A stretch of DNA of 64,000 bases from Ptychomitrium polyphyllum (lineage: Eukaryota). Below the pieces are notes generated by a model. That model was not told the DNA's origin. It did not search any database and worked only from the letters and a program-made list of their open reading frames with translations. Location of the stretch: NCBI GenBank assembly GCA_973851085.1, contig OZ316776.1:4402001-4466000 (forward strand), in the 5' to 3' direction. A program made the translations under genes and the position numbers. This document shows, in pieces, positions 40,901 through 54,000 of the stretch (its first letter is position 1; every line of letters begins with the position of its first letter).

Positions 40901-43900
40901 GCAATAAGACCCTCGCGCTCATTTAGTAGCTTTCTTAATTACCTTCAGTGGTGCTATCCTTTCAAAACTTGAAAATCTTTGACTTCTGATTCATAATTCT
41001 CACAAAAGAGATATCTGTTAGACTTTGACAGAAGATGGTACATTTCAAATTTATAATCCAAATCTCTATTTAATTGCCTTTTTATAACAAAGGTGAATAT
41101 TAATTTCTATTTATATTGAGATAAGTATTATAAGTGCTTTGAAGGTGACTCCTATTCACATTTGTTGGTTAAATATAATTCTTCTTTCACCATCAAATTA
41201 TCAAATTATCAAATTATCATAACACTCTTAATCTTATGTAAAGTGGATTTTATAAGCATCATCTTTAAAATCAAATTATAGGAATAATTAGTATATCATT
41301 CTTACTAACATACACTTAATGTCCATTTTCTATTTGCTTGAAACAATTTTTGAGAGTTGTATTAGTAACTTTCAGAACACTTAAAAGAAAAGGTTTATAT
41401 AATTGAATTCAATTTATAGAATTTTTAAAAGAAACATCTTCATGCATAAAGGCACTTGGGCCTATGGACTAAGAATGTTATAATAGTACAATATTTATAA
41501 TTCTTTCCTTTTGGAAGTAGAAAGATTATAATACTTATAACATTGTTGTACTTTTGCATTATTATGCTATAACAATTAAAAAATGCAAGTACTTTAAAAG
41601 ATAAAATGTATACAAAACACAATAGCTACATAATAAAATTTGATCAAATGATAACACTTAAATGTATATAGTACTTATAAAAAATGTTCTAACAAAGAAA
41701 GAAATTAAACTTTTGTAATTCATTTTATATAATATTTTAGTGTATTTTATTAGAGGAACAAAAATTGTAATACTCATGGAAAGATTTAACACTTATAGAA
41801 ACTTAAAATTAAATAAAAAGTATGGAAATCATTGTTTTTGAAGTACATGACAATTCCTTTGATTACTGTATATTTTTAATGTTGAAATTTGAATAAATAA
41901 TATTTTTTTTGCCTTTATTCATTTCATATAACTCAAATAAATTATTTAAAATTAATTTGTATACATTGCCTTAATTTAAAATTAAATGTACAAATATAAT
42001 AAAAGAAATAGAGTGCACTTTGAACATATATAATTAATAAAAACTTGATGCAATATTTTGTTTTGGCCACTAGTAGTAAGATGTCTAAAACAAATCTTTA
42101 GGTACAAATAACATCAAATTTCATAAACTTTTTGGATGAAAAAATCAATCTCTGTATATTTTTTAGTTAAAAGATTGAATAAAGAAACCAAATTTAAATG
42201 AAAGAAAATTTAAAATTTATGAAAAATGATTTAATGCTCAAAATATGGATGAGCATAAACTTAAAGGATACATCATAGTATTTTATGTAGCATTAATTTG
42301 GAATATGAAAAAAAATCCTTAATGTTAAGCATTTGCATTGTAATAAATAAAATTGTAAAATTTCTATTGTAAATTTATTTTAATAATTCAAAAAGTCTTA
42401 GTGGAATAGCAGCAAATATTTAATTAACAATGAAAGAAATTAAATCATTTTATTATTTGGATAAAAATTAATATACTTTTTAAATGTAGTGCCTTAGAAA
42501 AGATGTTCAACCTCTCATTCATTACAAATTTGTCTAAATACTAAATTGTAGCAATGATATGATATTCATATAGTTTATTCTTCAGTATGTAAAGATTATT
42601 CTTTAACCTTAGCTTGTTTATTTTACAAACCTATTTTAAAAACTAATTATTAATGACAAATAAATATTGTCATGTCATTTCATTTTTAAACATCATCCAT
42701 AGAATTTTATTGTCCATAAACATTTGTATTGATGCTTATTTCATTATTATGAAAATTTCCTAACAAAAAACTTTCAATTCCAATTTTAAATTTGTAAAAA
42801 TATATATTCATAAAATTATACACATATTCAATATTCTAATATTCAAAAATAAGTTTCAATAAATGTACACTTATTATTATGTATATTTGTGGATCAATTC
42901 ATATGCCTACACATATATACATATGTACATATATAAATATGTTTATATTTATGTATATGTGGTAAGTCAGTATACACTTGTATGCACTATTATAATATGT
43001 GGCTATAAATTATTAAATTCTTAATTATGAAAATTTATTTTAATGAATTTAATGCAATTCTAATACTACATAACTACATGTATCATGTAATATTCATAAG
43101 GAAATAAATTACACAATTGAAATATTTTGTTAATGCACTAATTATCTTTTTTTATTTGTATTTATGTTAAGAATTGTAGGAATGAATTTCATATAAGTTT
43201 TCAAAATGCATATCCATAATATTCTAATGATTTGGAAAACCACTATATGACATAATTTATTTCAAAAAATCATAAGCATAATTTTGTGTATTATTGATAA
43301 AAGAAATTTGACCTAACCTTCATACAATTTCTTGATTTTTGAGAATTTAAGAGATAATGTTACCAACATTATATTAATAAGACTAATCAAAATGATAATA
43401 TAAAAAACATGATTTTGTTAACATAGCCTTGAAGATTTAATATAAAAATATTATATTAAAAATGTAGTATTTTAAATATAGAATTGAGCATATAATATAA
43501 TAAATATAATTTTAATGTCAAAATCATTGCATGTGATTAGATCATACTAATTACACATCTATGGAATTGCATATAGTGCACTTGTTTCCACTCTTCTACT
43601 TCTTGCTCTATCACTTTTTCTTCTAGCATTGCTCATGAATCTTTTCTTTGCTTGATTCTTTATGTGCAAAGCATCAACTTGGAGTAGTGCTCCATATGTA
43701 TTGCAATATTTTAATGGCTGCAAATTTCAAAGTATTTTAAACTATGCACTACTAATAAGTAATCAGTTGCATCTTTTTTTTTCACTTCTTTATGTTATAG
43801 AATGTTCCATGCTACACTGTCATATATACCTATTGGAGTGAAATCGTCTCAATTGGTCAAAAGATCTCCATCTTTATTGCAAAACAAACTCCTTGAATGG

Positions 43901-44570
43901 TCTCCAAATTGGAAGTAATTTTTTTAGCGTTTTAATAGCCATTCAACATTTAATAAAAAAAAAATCCATTTACCATTATCCTTGTAATCATCTCCAATTA
44001 TCTTCTTGCAAATTTACACCCTTTATTCATAATGTTATTTCTAAAAAATGTACATAAATCTAAAACATTACAAATTATACTTCCAAAATCAAGCCAACTA
44101 TAATTACTTAACACATTCACATTAATCATACAAATAAAAAGCATAAGCATGTGTGTATATAAAGAAGTTTATCTCCAAATCTTATAATTAGTCACTTTAC
44201 GGTAGTTGAAAGACCAAGATACAAGATGGAGCTATGAAAATGAGGGGCATGGATAAAGTATCAATATTTTGGGCTTATATGTGCCAAGATAGGCTTGGCG
44301 CAATTTCCAAGTATGCATATACTTGGCTTGGAGAGGCCTAGCCTAGCCCATGTATGCTAAAGTATGCCTGTATGGACATGCAATTAGTCCATGTGCTACT
44401 TGGATAAGCAAATGCAAAGCAAACACGAAAACTATGTAGACTTAAATATTAAAGAGTCTATAGGTTCCATGTTTTAGAACACAATTGTAACTATAAATAC
44501 AGATTCTTCAACAACACTTTTTAGTTTAAGAAAAGATAAGAAGTATAAGAAAGAAGATGTGTATTTACAA
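35000..44570. mobile_element. AT-rich decayed repeat/TE block of unassigned family with embedded higher-GC islands
   Basis: Long ORF-poor AT-rich stretch that continues beyond the Gypsy insertion (~51070-52900). No diagnostic motif confidently recognised. Confidence 0.35.
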
Positions 44571-44576
44571 AAAAGG

Positions 44577-44965
44577 TGTTATGAAAAAGATAACAACAAG
44601 ACAAGGCTTCAAAATTCCAAAATGTGGAACAAGATATGTTCAAGGTGTATTAGAAATAAAGAACTATAATAAGCTAGAAAGATAGGGCCAGAAGGTTTGA
44701 GTTAGACCATAAAAGATGCATTGTTGAGGCTAAAGATTCCTTCAGCTTTGACTCCTATATATACTCAAATTACAAGCCTTGGAAGCTTCTTGAAAAAATT
44801 CTACTATACTGCTTTGTACTCAAGGAACCTCAAGTTGCTTCCTTGGAAGCTTCTAAAATCAAGGTAACTTCCTTCAAAGCTTCCTAAGTTGAGATAACTT
44901 CCTTAGAAGCTTTCTAAACCTTTTAAGAACTTTTCCAAATGCTTCTAACAAATATGTCCATGACA
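44577..44965 (-). repeat. 3' LTR of the Gypsy element
   Basis: TGTT...GACA termini; aligns with 50711-51068 (shared ACAACAAGACAAGGCTT, AAAGAACTATAATAAGCTA, GATAGGGCCAGAAGG, GATTCCTTCAGC). Confidence 0.9.
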
Positions 44966-46326
44966 TCACCTCCACTTTTAGCTCCAAGGTCTCTTAAGAT
45001 TAAGTTGCAATAAATGCTCAAAGTTGTAGGAAGTCAAAAATTTGTTGCATGGTGTCTGCAATATATTCTAATTGCTTTTTGTAATTCAAATGATTCATGG
45101 ATCCTTCTAGCTATCGATAGTGTCCAATGCCTTCTATTTGGGACTAAGCATGAACTCCCGTGTTTTTATTATGAAAGCGTCTATCAAACATTACTTCTAA
45201 ATAACCTTTGTAAGTTGGCTCCACTTCAAAGACAATCATCAACAATATATTGCTAAGTATCTTTCGACGTTTTTTTGGTCCAATCTGTTCTTAGTCATGA
45301 GGTTGTCGACAAGAACCACTTGGTTGGGTTGACACCATTGGCATGATATTTGCATCTTGACTGTTCATATTTAATTTACCAAGCTACTATCTAAAAACTA
45401 TGATAAATTTTAAAATACAAACGACTAATTTTTAAATCATGTCTAGGATTTTGAAAACTTATGAGCTAGGAATTCTTTTCTCTCTTGCTTAAAAGTCCAT
45501 GCATCAAAAGCCTTCTAGGTTACGCAACCTTATCGAGCCGTTGTTTCTTGTACTGCTACTTTTGGTTTGGATGGGTGTTGTCAATGGAACTCAAAAATGT
45601 TTATTATTAAATTAGCAAGATTGTTAGCTAGATCCAATGTGCATTCTGTAGTGTCATATTTGCGCCAATGGATCAAGTATTTCAACTTTCTACGTCTTAT
45701 TTGTGAATCAAGCACTTCTTCCACTTCAAATTCATGATGATTGTTGATTTTAATCACAAGTGGTGCCAGCTATCTTCTTCTAGAGATACTTGATTCCTTG
45801 TAAGTTTTCAAAAGTGAAACGTGGAAGATGGGATGTACCTTCATTAATGTCGGTAGTTCTAGACAATATGCCACGTAGTTGACTTGTTTTTTGATTGCAA
45901 ATGGTTTTAGTTTCCAAAAGCCCAATTTATAATATGGCATGTTGATCCTTATATTATGTTAAAAGAGGCATACCTTCTTACCAACTTGGAATGGAAGTTG
46001 TTCCTTCTTTATTGCCTCTGTTGCTGTTTTGTATCGTTTTTGAGCTTCTTCTAGATGAACCTTCATGGTTGTTTGAAGCCGTGCCATCCTTGTGGCAAAT
46101 TCCACTACTATTGGATTCTCAGATAATGGAGGTTATAATATATTTATCTTTAGATGGTGTCCATAGTTGGAGTAGAATGGCGTTTGTTGGATAGAAGCAT
46201 ACGTGATGTTATTGCATGAAAACTTAGCAAATGTTAAGTACAAAATTCAATCATCTTATTGGTAATTGATAGTACACCTAAAATATTGTTCCAAAATTTG
46301 GTTGACTTACTCTGTTTGGCCATGGG

Positions 46327-46909
46327 TGTTACGGACATAGATCATGCAACATAGTCCTTAGAATATTTGAGAGCCTTCTAGTATACTATAATAGCTTCTT
46401 AGAATACTTTTAGATGTTTCCATAGTCTTTCCATGTTCTTAGGAAGCTTCCTAGGAAAGTTCCTCTACCATAGGAAACTTCCTAGGAAGGTTCTATCATC
46501 TTAGGTAACTTCCTAGGAAACTTCCTATGAAGGTTCCATCATCTTAGGAAACTTCCTACAAAGGTTCTACCTCTTTAGGAAACTTCCTAAGAAGGTTCCA
46601 ACTCCTTGGAAGATTCTTAGGAAGGTTCCAACATCTTAGGAAACTTCTTAGGAAGGTTTTCCAGACTTCCAAAACATTCTTAAGCCTTGTAGGAAGCTTC
46701 TTTAGAAGTATCCTAGGAGATACAAACGTCATAGTATAAATAGGAGGCAAGACAAGGTATTTCTTAGTCTTGCCAACACAAGTTGTGGATCATTTTGAAT
46801 CCTGCCTTATTCTAGTCTTTGTATCAAGTTCTTATTAATCATTAGCTCTTTGGAAGCTAATTCTTGGGAAACACTTCGTTTCTGCTTCTTGTTTCTTGTG
46901 TCCCTAACA
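46327..46909 (+). mobile_element. Solo LTR of a related Gypsy family nested in the host integrase, opposite orientation
   Basis: TGTTACGGAC...CCCTAACA termini, flanks ATGGG/ATGGA (4/5 TSD), TATA box at ~46735-46742, internal AGGAAACTTCCT-type repeats. Removing it rejoins the integrase core motif. Confidence 0.88.
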
Positions 46910-49900
46910 ATGGATTTAAGGATGAAAGGCAGAAGAAAGTCTTATGTCTACCTTAAAGATCTCAAAGAGTGACTTCCAAAATCTTGATACAAACTATAAT
47001 CTACAATCTGATATAATATTGTTGTGTAGTCCATGGTAGCAATAGAGATTATCTATAAAAATTGTGGCAGTTTCTTCATCCGTAATTGTTTTCTTGCAAG
47101 ATACAAAATATGCCATCTTGGTAAATCAGTCTACCACTTTAAAGATGGTATAAAAAGAATTTGACAATAAAAAATTGTGATGAAATTCATAGAAATAGAC
47201 AATTATGATGGCCTTAGAATAGGTAGTGTTCGGAAAAGTCCATATAGGTGGTGTCTAGGGTTCTTTGACCAAAAGCAAGTATTATACAAGAGAATAATTT
47301 TTTTATTAATCTTTCACATTTGAGGCCATCAAAAGTCTTTTGAAAGGAATTCCAAGGTCTTATTAAATCCAAAATGTCCATTTGTAGGAAAGTCATGACA
47401 TGTTTGACGTACACAAATGCAGACTGGTTTTTTAGAAATATATAGATGTTCTTTAAAGTACAGAAGGTTTTCATCAAAAATGAACTTTGATACATCTTTA
47501 GGGAGGTTGTGAAAACAACACTTGATATCAAGAATAAAACAGTCATTGATAGATGCCACACAAACCTAGTCAAGGAATGATGAATCCATCGAAGTTAAAA
47601 TGGTGGTTGTGCATATACAAAATCATTTGGGCTTCAACACATTTGCTTGTTATTGATTGTGTTTTGCCCCTCTTTTCTTTGGCGCAAGTTAAGATTGCTT
47701 TAACAAAGCATTTGAGAATCCTTGATGATTTTTGAGTTGATATGTGATGCAGAACATACTCCTACGAGCTTGACGGCAATTCAAAATATGAGCTAATATG
47801 ATGTATTTCAAGTTCTTGTGGTCTATATATACAATAACTAGATGCTTGCCACCCTCGAGTAAGTGATGCCATTCTTAGAATGAATCCACAATTGTAAGGA
47901 ATTCTTTGTTGTGGATCTTGTAATAGATTTCTACAGCTAAAATGTTTTTAGAATAGAATGCAATTGGATAGAATCTCCTTTCTCTCTTTATTATAATAAA
48001 ATTGCTTTTAATGAAAAGTTGGAAGTATTTGTCTCAAAATAAAATTGCTTTGAAAATTCTAGATGGACCAAAGTAGGAATTGTGGTAAAAACTTTCTTTG
48101 AACTTTGAAATGTATCATCAGCATTAGATTCCTATTTAAGCTTTTCCTTGCATGTTAGTTGCGTAAATAGTACAGCTGTTCAAAAATAATCCTTAGTGAA
48201 GATTCTATAGAAATTTTCAAATTCAAAAAAATATTGGATATCATGTACCAATTTTGGCCTTGACCAATTGCTGATTCCTTTGACATTTATTGGATCCATC
48301 TATAATCCTTTATTGAAGATGATATATTCTAGAAATCTACTTGAGGCTTGTGGAATATACATTTCTCCAGCTTGGCATACAAATTAACATCTTGTAGTTT
48401 TTTGTAAGACTATGCGCACATGTTGTTCATACTCTTCCAAATTCTTTGAATGGATCAAGATATCATCCAAATAGCATACGACAAAATCATTGAGGTATTC
48501 CTGAAATATGTTGTTCATTAGATGTTAGAAAATGGCGGGTACATTGGTATGGTTAAGTCATGACATTATATTCAAAATATCCATACCGTGTTTGAAATGA
48601 TGTCTTCCATTCGTCTCTTACTTTAATGCGCACCAAGTTGTAGGCTCCTCACAAGTCTATTTTGGTATAGATCTTTGCTTGGCGAAGTTAATTAAGAAAT
48701 CTAGATATCAGCAGCAATGGATATTTATTCTTCACTGTCACTTCGTTGATGACGTGGTGATTGACACACATTCGTAAAGATCCATCTTTCTTCTTTATAA
48801 AAAATATTGGTGCACTAGCAAGAGACTTTGAATGTTGAATGAAGCTCTTAGCTAAATTTTCATCAATATATTCTAGTAGTGCTAAAAGCTTGTTTAGGAT
48901 AAATTATAGATAGCTCCAAATAATGGCTGGGCACCATTTTGGAGGTCTATAATATAGTCATAAGGACAATATTCTAGTAGGGTATTTACATTCTTCTTTT
49001 TAAATACATTGTTGAATTCCTTATATTTTTTTGGAATGGTTGATGATGTAGCCACAACTTTGGACATTGAAGTTGCATGCACAATAAAAGAAGCATTAGT
49101 TTTTGCTTCTTTAATAATTGCTCTAGTGCTAATAAAAAGAAGCTTTATGGTCTTAGATTTATAAAATGCTTCAGCTTCCTCCTTAGACTTAGTAGTTACA
49201 GGTTTTAATGTTGGAAATTCTATTTTATGAGATGTCCAATCTATCTACCTGTTGTACTTTTTGAGCTAAAAAAGCCCTAGAATGATGGGACTTGATAGAG
49301 ACCTAATAACATTAAATATCACTTGGCTACTATGGTTGTCCAATGTTATTGTTAATGGATTGGTCTCATAAATAATATCTTTGGAGGATAATAGTTCACC
49401 ATCTATGACTTCTATATGGACGGATTTGGATTTCTAATAAAAAAAACTTACAGATTTTTAAAAATTCTTCATCTATAAAGCAAATCAAAACTCATGAATC
49501 TAATAGAGTAAGACTTTTGAGCTTCTCAACACCTAAACAAACAGGATTAGTAAAACAAGAAAATTTATGAGTTAATAGGACAGGATTTTTTTTTTTCTTG
49601 CAAAAAGAAGCAAATTCAGCCTCACGGTTTCTATTGTGCTTGGACATCATCAATTTTCTGCAAAGCATTTGATGTTGTGGTTATACTTCTCATCCAATAT
49701 GTATGTAGAGGTTTTTTTGGACAATTTTCAATCTTGTGATTAGATTTTCTATAGTACAAATACAACCCTTGTTTTTTTTATTGTTTCTTCTCATGTTTAA
49801 TAAGGGGCTTGAAGTGAACCGCATCAATTTGCATGGCTTCCGCTCCCAAATACTTATTAAAGGTAAAAAGAGCCAAAGCTACCAAAAAATTGATATATGG

Positions 49901-50710
49901 CTAAGGCGTAATCAAAGTCTATTTATCTTATCGACATTGAAATAGACAATTATCACACTTCAAAACTTGATTGATGGTCTCATCAAGTGTTTGAGCATGT
50001 GGCATGAATAACAATAAATCCTTAACTTTGTCACATATGTTCCAATGGAATTTACTCATCAACACTTCTTCTCCCCAATCAATGTTGTATAGAAGTTCTC
50101 AAAAATCTAATGCATAAGTTGACATAGAACATGGGTCTTGGCGCAAGGCACAAATCTTAATAGTTGCAAAATAGAGCTTGTTATGGTCACCAAATGTTTT
50201 TCCAAATGCAGCTAGGAACGCTCAAAGTTGCTAAATATAGGAGAATTCTTCTCAAAAATGATAAAACTAAGACAATGCTTCTCTTAAAAGCAACGGTCCT
50301 ACCAAACCAATGTATGAAGTGTTTGTAGGATACTGTCAAGGCTGAAGCAAGGTAATAAGTTGAACTTGATTTACAAAGCCTTGAAATTTTGAATACGTAC
50401 CGTCAAACTTCTTTGGAAGGTTGATTCTTAGTTCTTTGGCTGTTGACATTGAATTCCCAACTTAAATTTATCCACATTCTACTAAATTAGGTCTAGAAAA
50501 TGAAGCACCTAAATTGACTTGGAATAGCAACTGCGGTACTTCTCTTCCTTGACCATTATATATGGTCAAATACAATTCTTCATTTTGCTTGGATAAAGTC
50601 TTAGTCTTGATCCTCAATGCAACCTCTAAAGCGCTTTCAAAAATAGGAGTGATCTGCTTTCTATCAAGAAAGACCAAGCTTTGAATTGTTGTATGACAAT
50701 CTCGACAAAT

Positions 50711-51068
50711 TGTTACGGATTGAGTAACAACAAGACAAGGCTTTAGAATTCCAAGATGTGAAACAAGATATGTCCAAGGTATATTAAAAGTAAAGAACTA
50801 TAATAAGCTATAAAGATAGGGCCAGAAGGTCTAAGTTAGACATTAAGAGATGCATTGTCAAGACTGAAGATTCCTTCAGCCTCAATTCCTATAATTACTA
50901 AAACTACAAGCCTTGGAAACTTCTTAAGAAGCTTTTACTATATTGCTTTATACTCAAGCAACCTTGAGTTCTTTTTTTGGAAGCTTCCTAAGAAAAGGTA
51001 ACTTTTTTGAAAGCTTTTAAACCTTCTAAAAACCTTTCTAGATGCTCATAATATTCATGTCCGTAACG
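50711..51068 (-). repeat. 5' LTR of the Gypsy element
   Basis: TGTTACGG...CCGTAACG termini; homologous to 44577-44965; followed on the minus strand by the primer-binding position and gag. Confidence 0.9.
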
Positions 51069-54000
51069 AAGGGTTCTAAAACTCCACCTCAAAAGTACTT
51101 TTTTTTGCTAAGTAACTTGCCATGGACTATAACCTCATTCACTTGTTGGAAATGTTGAGGCTTGCATTTCTTGATGGTGATTCAAGCATTATGTGCTTGC
51201 AAAAAGATCTCAAATGCTAATTTAACTAAACACTATATGCTTTAAAACAATTCAATTATATAATTCCATATTTCCATTTTAGAACATGGACAATTTAATA
51301 AGTTATAATCAATACAATTAATGCCATGTATACTTTTGAATGTGTACAAAAAATTAAAAGATGGAAAGTATACTTTGGAGCAGATGGACTTATTCCATAA
51401 ATCCAAAGCAGTTGAATTTTAGGCTTAAAAATATTCTTCAAGCAAGAATATGACAATGCCATGGAATGAATATGTGTTGAAGGATGCACTAAAAAACCAC
51501 ATGAATCACAAAATAGTGTAAGTTCCTAATATAGCTATAATTTTGCTTCTTTCTAGCTTTGATGTTGAAGATGGCTATGGAAGAGTTCAAAAAGTACAAA
51601 CATTTAAAATGAAAGGCAAATTATTATACATTGAATTTGGAAGCAAGTTTAGAAGTGCCAAAAGCAAAAAGGAGAAATATAAGCAAAGATTGCTTAAGGC
51701 CATGATTTGCCTTATTGCATTTTTTGGCATTATTAAATTTGAAATTTTCAACTTCAAACTATAGAAGCTCATATATTGTGGTGGAACAAAGGTAACTTCA
51801 ATGTATTTTGGGCCATCAAAAATAAAGTCTTTGAAGTAGCAAGTAACAATGATATTAGGCAAAACAAAAAACATATTGGTAAAAGATTCAAGGATGTTTA
51901 TTTTTGTTGCATGAATAAAACAAAGGTTATATAGGCATTGCTATGTGATCTAGAATAGATCCATAAGGAAAATTCTTTTACAATGACATAGGACTTTCTA
52001 ACGTTATGCTTCATCTTCCACCAATAAAAAAGTAAAAATTTACATTTGTATATTATTGGAGATTGGCAAATTATACAGTTGAAAAAAAGCCATTTTTTTA
52101 TGGCTATAAAATAAGAGAGAAATTGAAGGATGTGAAAAGAAAGCATCCATTTGAAGCTCATAATTGTTTTATATATTTGGTCCTCAAAACCTTAAAACTG
52201 CAGTTTATCAAATACAACAAGAATATCCATTTTTTGAACTAGTGGATTTATTTTTTGTTGGCATTGGCACAAATGATTTGGAAAGGAAAAGAAGGCAATA
52301 TTTTCTTCAATGAAATACTATGATGAGTTGCGTTTTGTTCTAAGATTAATGCATTTTTTTGTAAAGACATTAAAAGCAAGTTCATAATTTCAAAAGTTCC
52401 AAAAGTTTTAAAAGATTTGCCATATAAATTTGCAAACTTATTTTGAACATCCTTGAATATAGAAACTTATTTTTTCTATACTATTTAAAATAAGTTCTTG
52501 GTTTTGAATACCATTGGTTTAAAGGCATAATATTGTTTGCATATATTCCTGATGTGGACTTTGTGAATTACCTTATATTTACACTTGTGGAATAAATTGC
52601 ATACAATTTGAAGATTTATACTAAAAATTAGATTTTACTAAATCAAGTATTTAGATGAAAATTGTATAGATTTGTACATTCCATATTGTCAAATGCCCTC
52701 CATCACCCACTTGCACCCCTTTTCCACCCTCATCTCTACCTTCGTCCTCCACCCCTTCTTCCCTCTTTCTTTGTACGTGCCTTCATTATTATTTCATTTT
52801 GTATGAATTTGAATACTAAAGTATAAGCCTACCATGATTGCTTTAAAATTTTCTAATTATTGACACTCATTCTTTATTCTAATTTTTACAATTACTTTGA
52901 AAAGTCATTATTCCTATAACTAACATCAATGACAAATTGTTAGAAGAAACAATCAACTCATTTGGACCATGGCTAATCAATACAAAGATGCATTGCACCT
53001 ATGATCTAATATAGGTGGAGAAGAATTTGTAAATGTGATTTATTGGTTGTAGTAGCTAGAAACTTTATACATGCTATAAGTGAAATTGGATCTTCTTTCT
53101 AGTCAACGCTGGAGCTTAAAGGGAGAAGGAACCTCAGAAGCGCCAAGTTATTACATGTCATCTCTCGACCAAGCCCAAATAATTTTGCCAAATCATGTCA
53201 TTTTGTGAAACACAAAACACTTCCAAATCACGTAACTGCTCAAGATAACGAACACTCCAGACCACAAATGTTGCAATTGCCACTCTTAAGAGCTCTATTT
53301 GCTTTCTTAAATTGAAGATACTCGAGCTCTTATTGGATCTTCACCTACCAATTAAAATGCAACATGTAAGTCTGTCAACTGGAATCCACACCCACTTCTC
53401 TCAGATCGACAACGACTTCATTGCAAAACCAAGTTCATTGCACAGAGGTTGACTTTGCAAAACAAGTCAAAACAAGCAAGACAAGCGTTTTCCTAGATCT
53501 AATAGTTCGGCTGCAGCCATGAAGACAGGTTCCATACAAGCGAGCTACTGCAATGAAATAAACTCATACACCTCGTGCTTTAACAGCAAGCGGCAACAAC
53601 AGGATTGTCAAAACAGAAAAACAGACAGACCAAAATATCATATCCAGAAAAGCCGGCTCCGCAACAACAATGCAATGCTAGAAGTTTGCATCTACAACAA
53701 CATACTGAAACGAACAAGGTTGACCAAGCAATGACAACAACGGTGATAGCACCAAAATCCTAGCAAGCTTGCGTCGACAACAATAAAAGTAGATTGATGC
53801 AGCACCAACGGACAAAAAGAAGCAATCAGACGGTGGACGGGCGAGAGCAGAATGAGTGGAGAATGATGAGCGGGCCTTACCATCGAGGACGCAGGGTCTT
53901 CCCAAGCAAGCTGCCGGAGAGCTCTTGAAAAGGAGTGCGACAAGCATTGGAAGTTGAATTCAGAGAGGGAGGACGAGACTCCTGAAGGCAACGCCGTAAC

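Larger units (their letters stand above)
44577..51068 (-). mobile_element. Degenerate full-length Ty3/Gypsy LTR retrotransposon of chromovirus type
   Basis: Two homologous LTRs (44577-44965, 50711-51068); flanks AAAGG/AAGGG (4/5, probable TSD); polypurine tract next to the 3' LTR (44966-44985). Minus-strand relics in Gypsy order: gag (LRINLPKKFDG..SKFQGFVNQ ~50360-50440), protease (LLDS ~49500), RT ([15 protein letters not shown] at 48462-48473), RNase H (IHNKEFLTIVDSF*EWHHLLEG ~47850-47930), integrase (CHDFPTNGHFG; SSAFHP..GQTE*VNQ), chromodomain (EFEVEEVLDSQIRRRKLKYLIHW ~45665-45740). Many stops and frameshifts. Confidence 0.93.

Noticed and set aside
51898..52161. Minus-strand LLFYWWKMKH resembling the hAT dimerisation motif
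   Set aside because: Downstream residues (FP..A..L...S...ER.FS) are not recognisable, so the family cannot be assigned.
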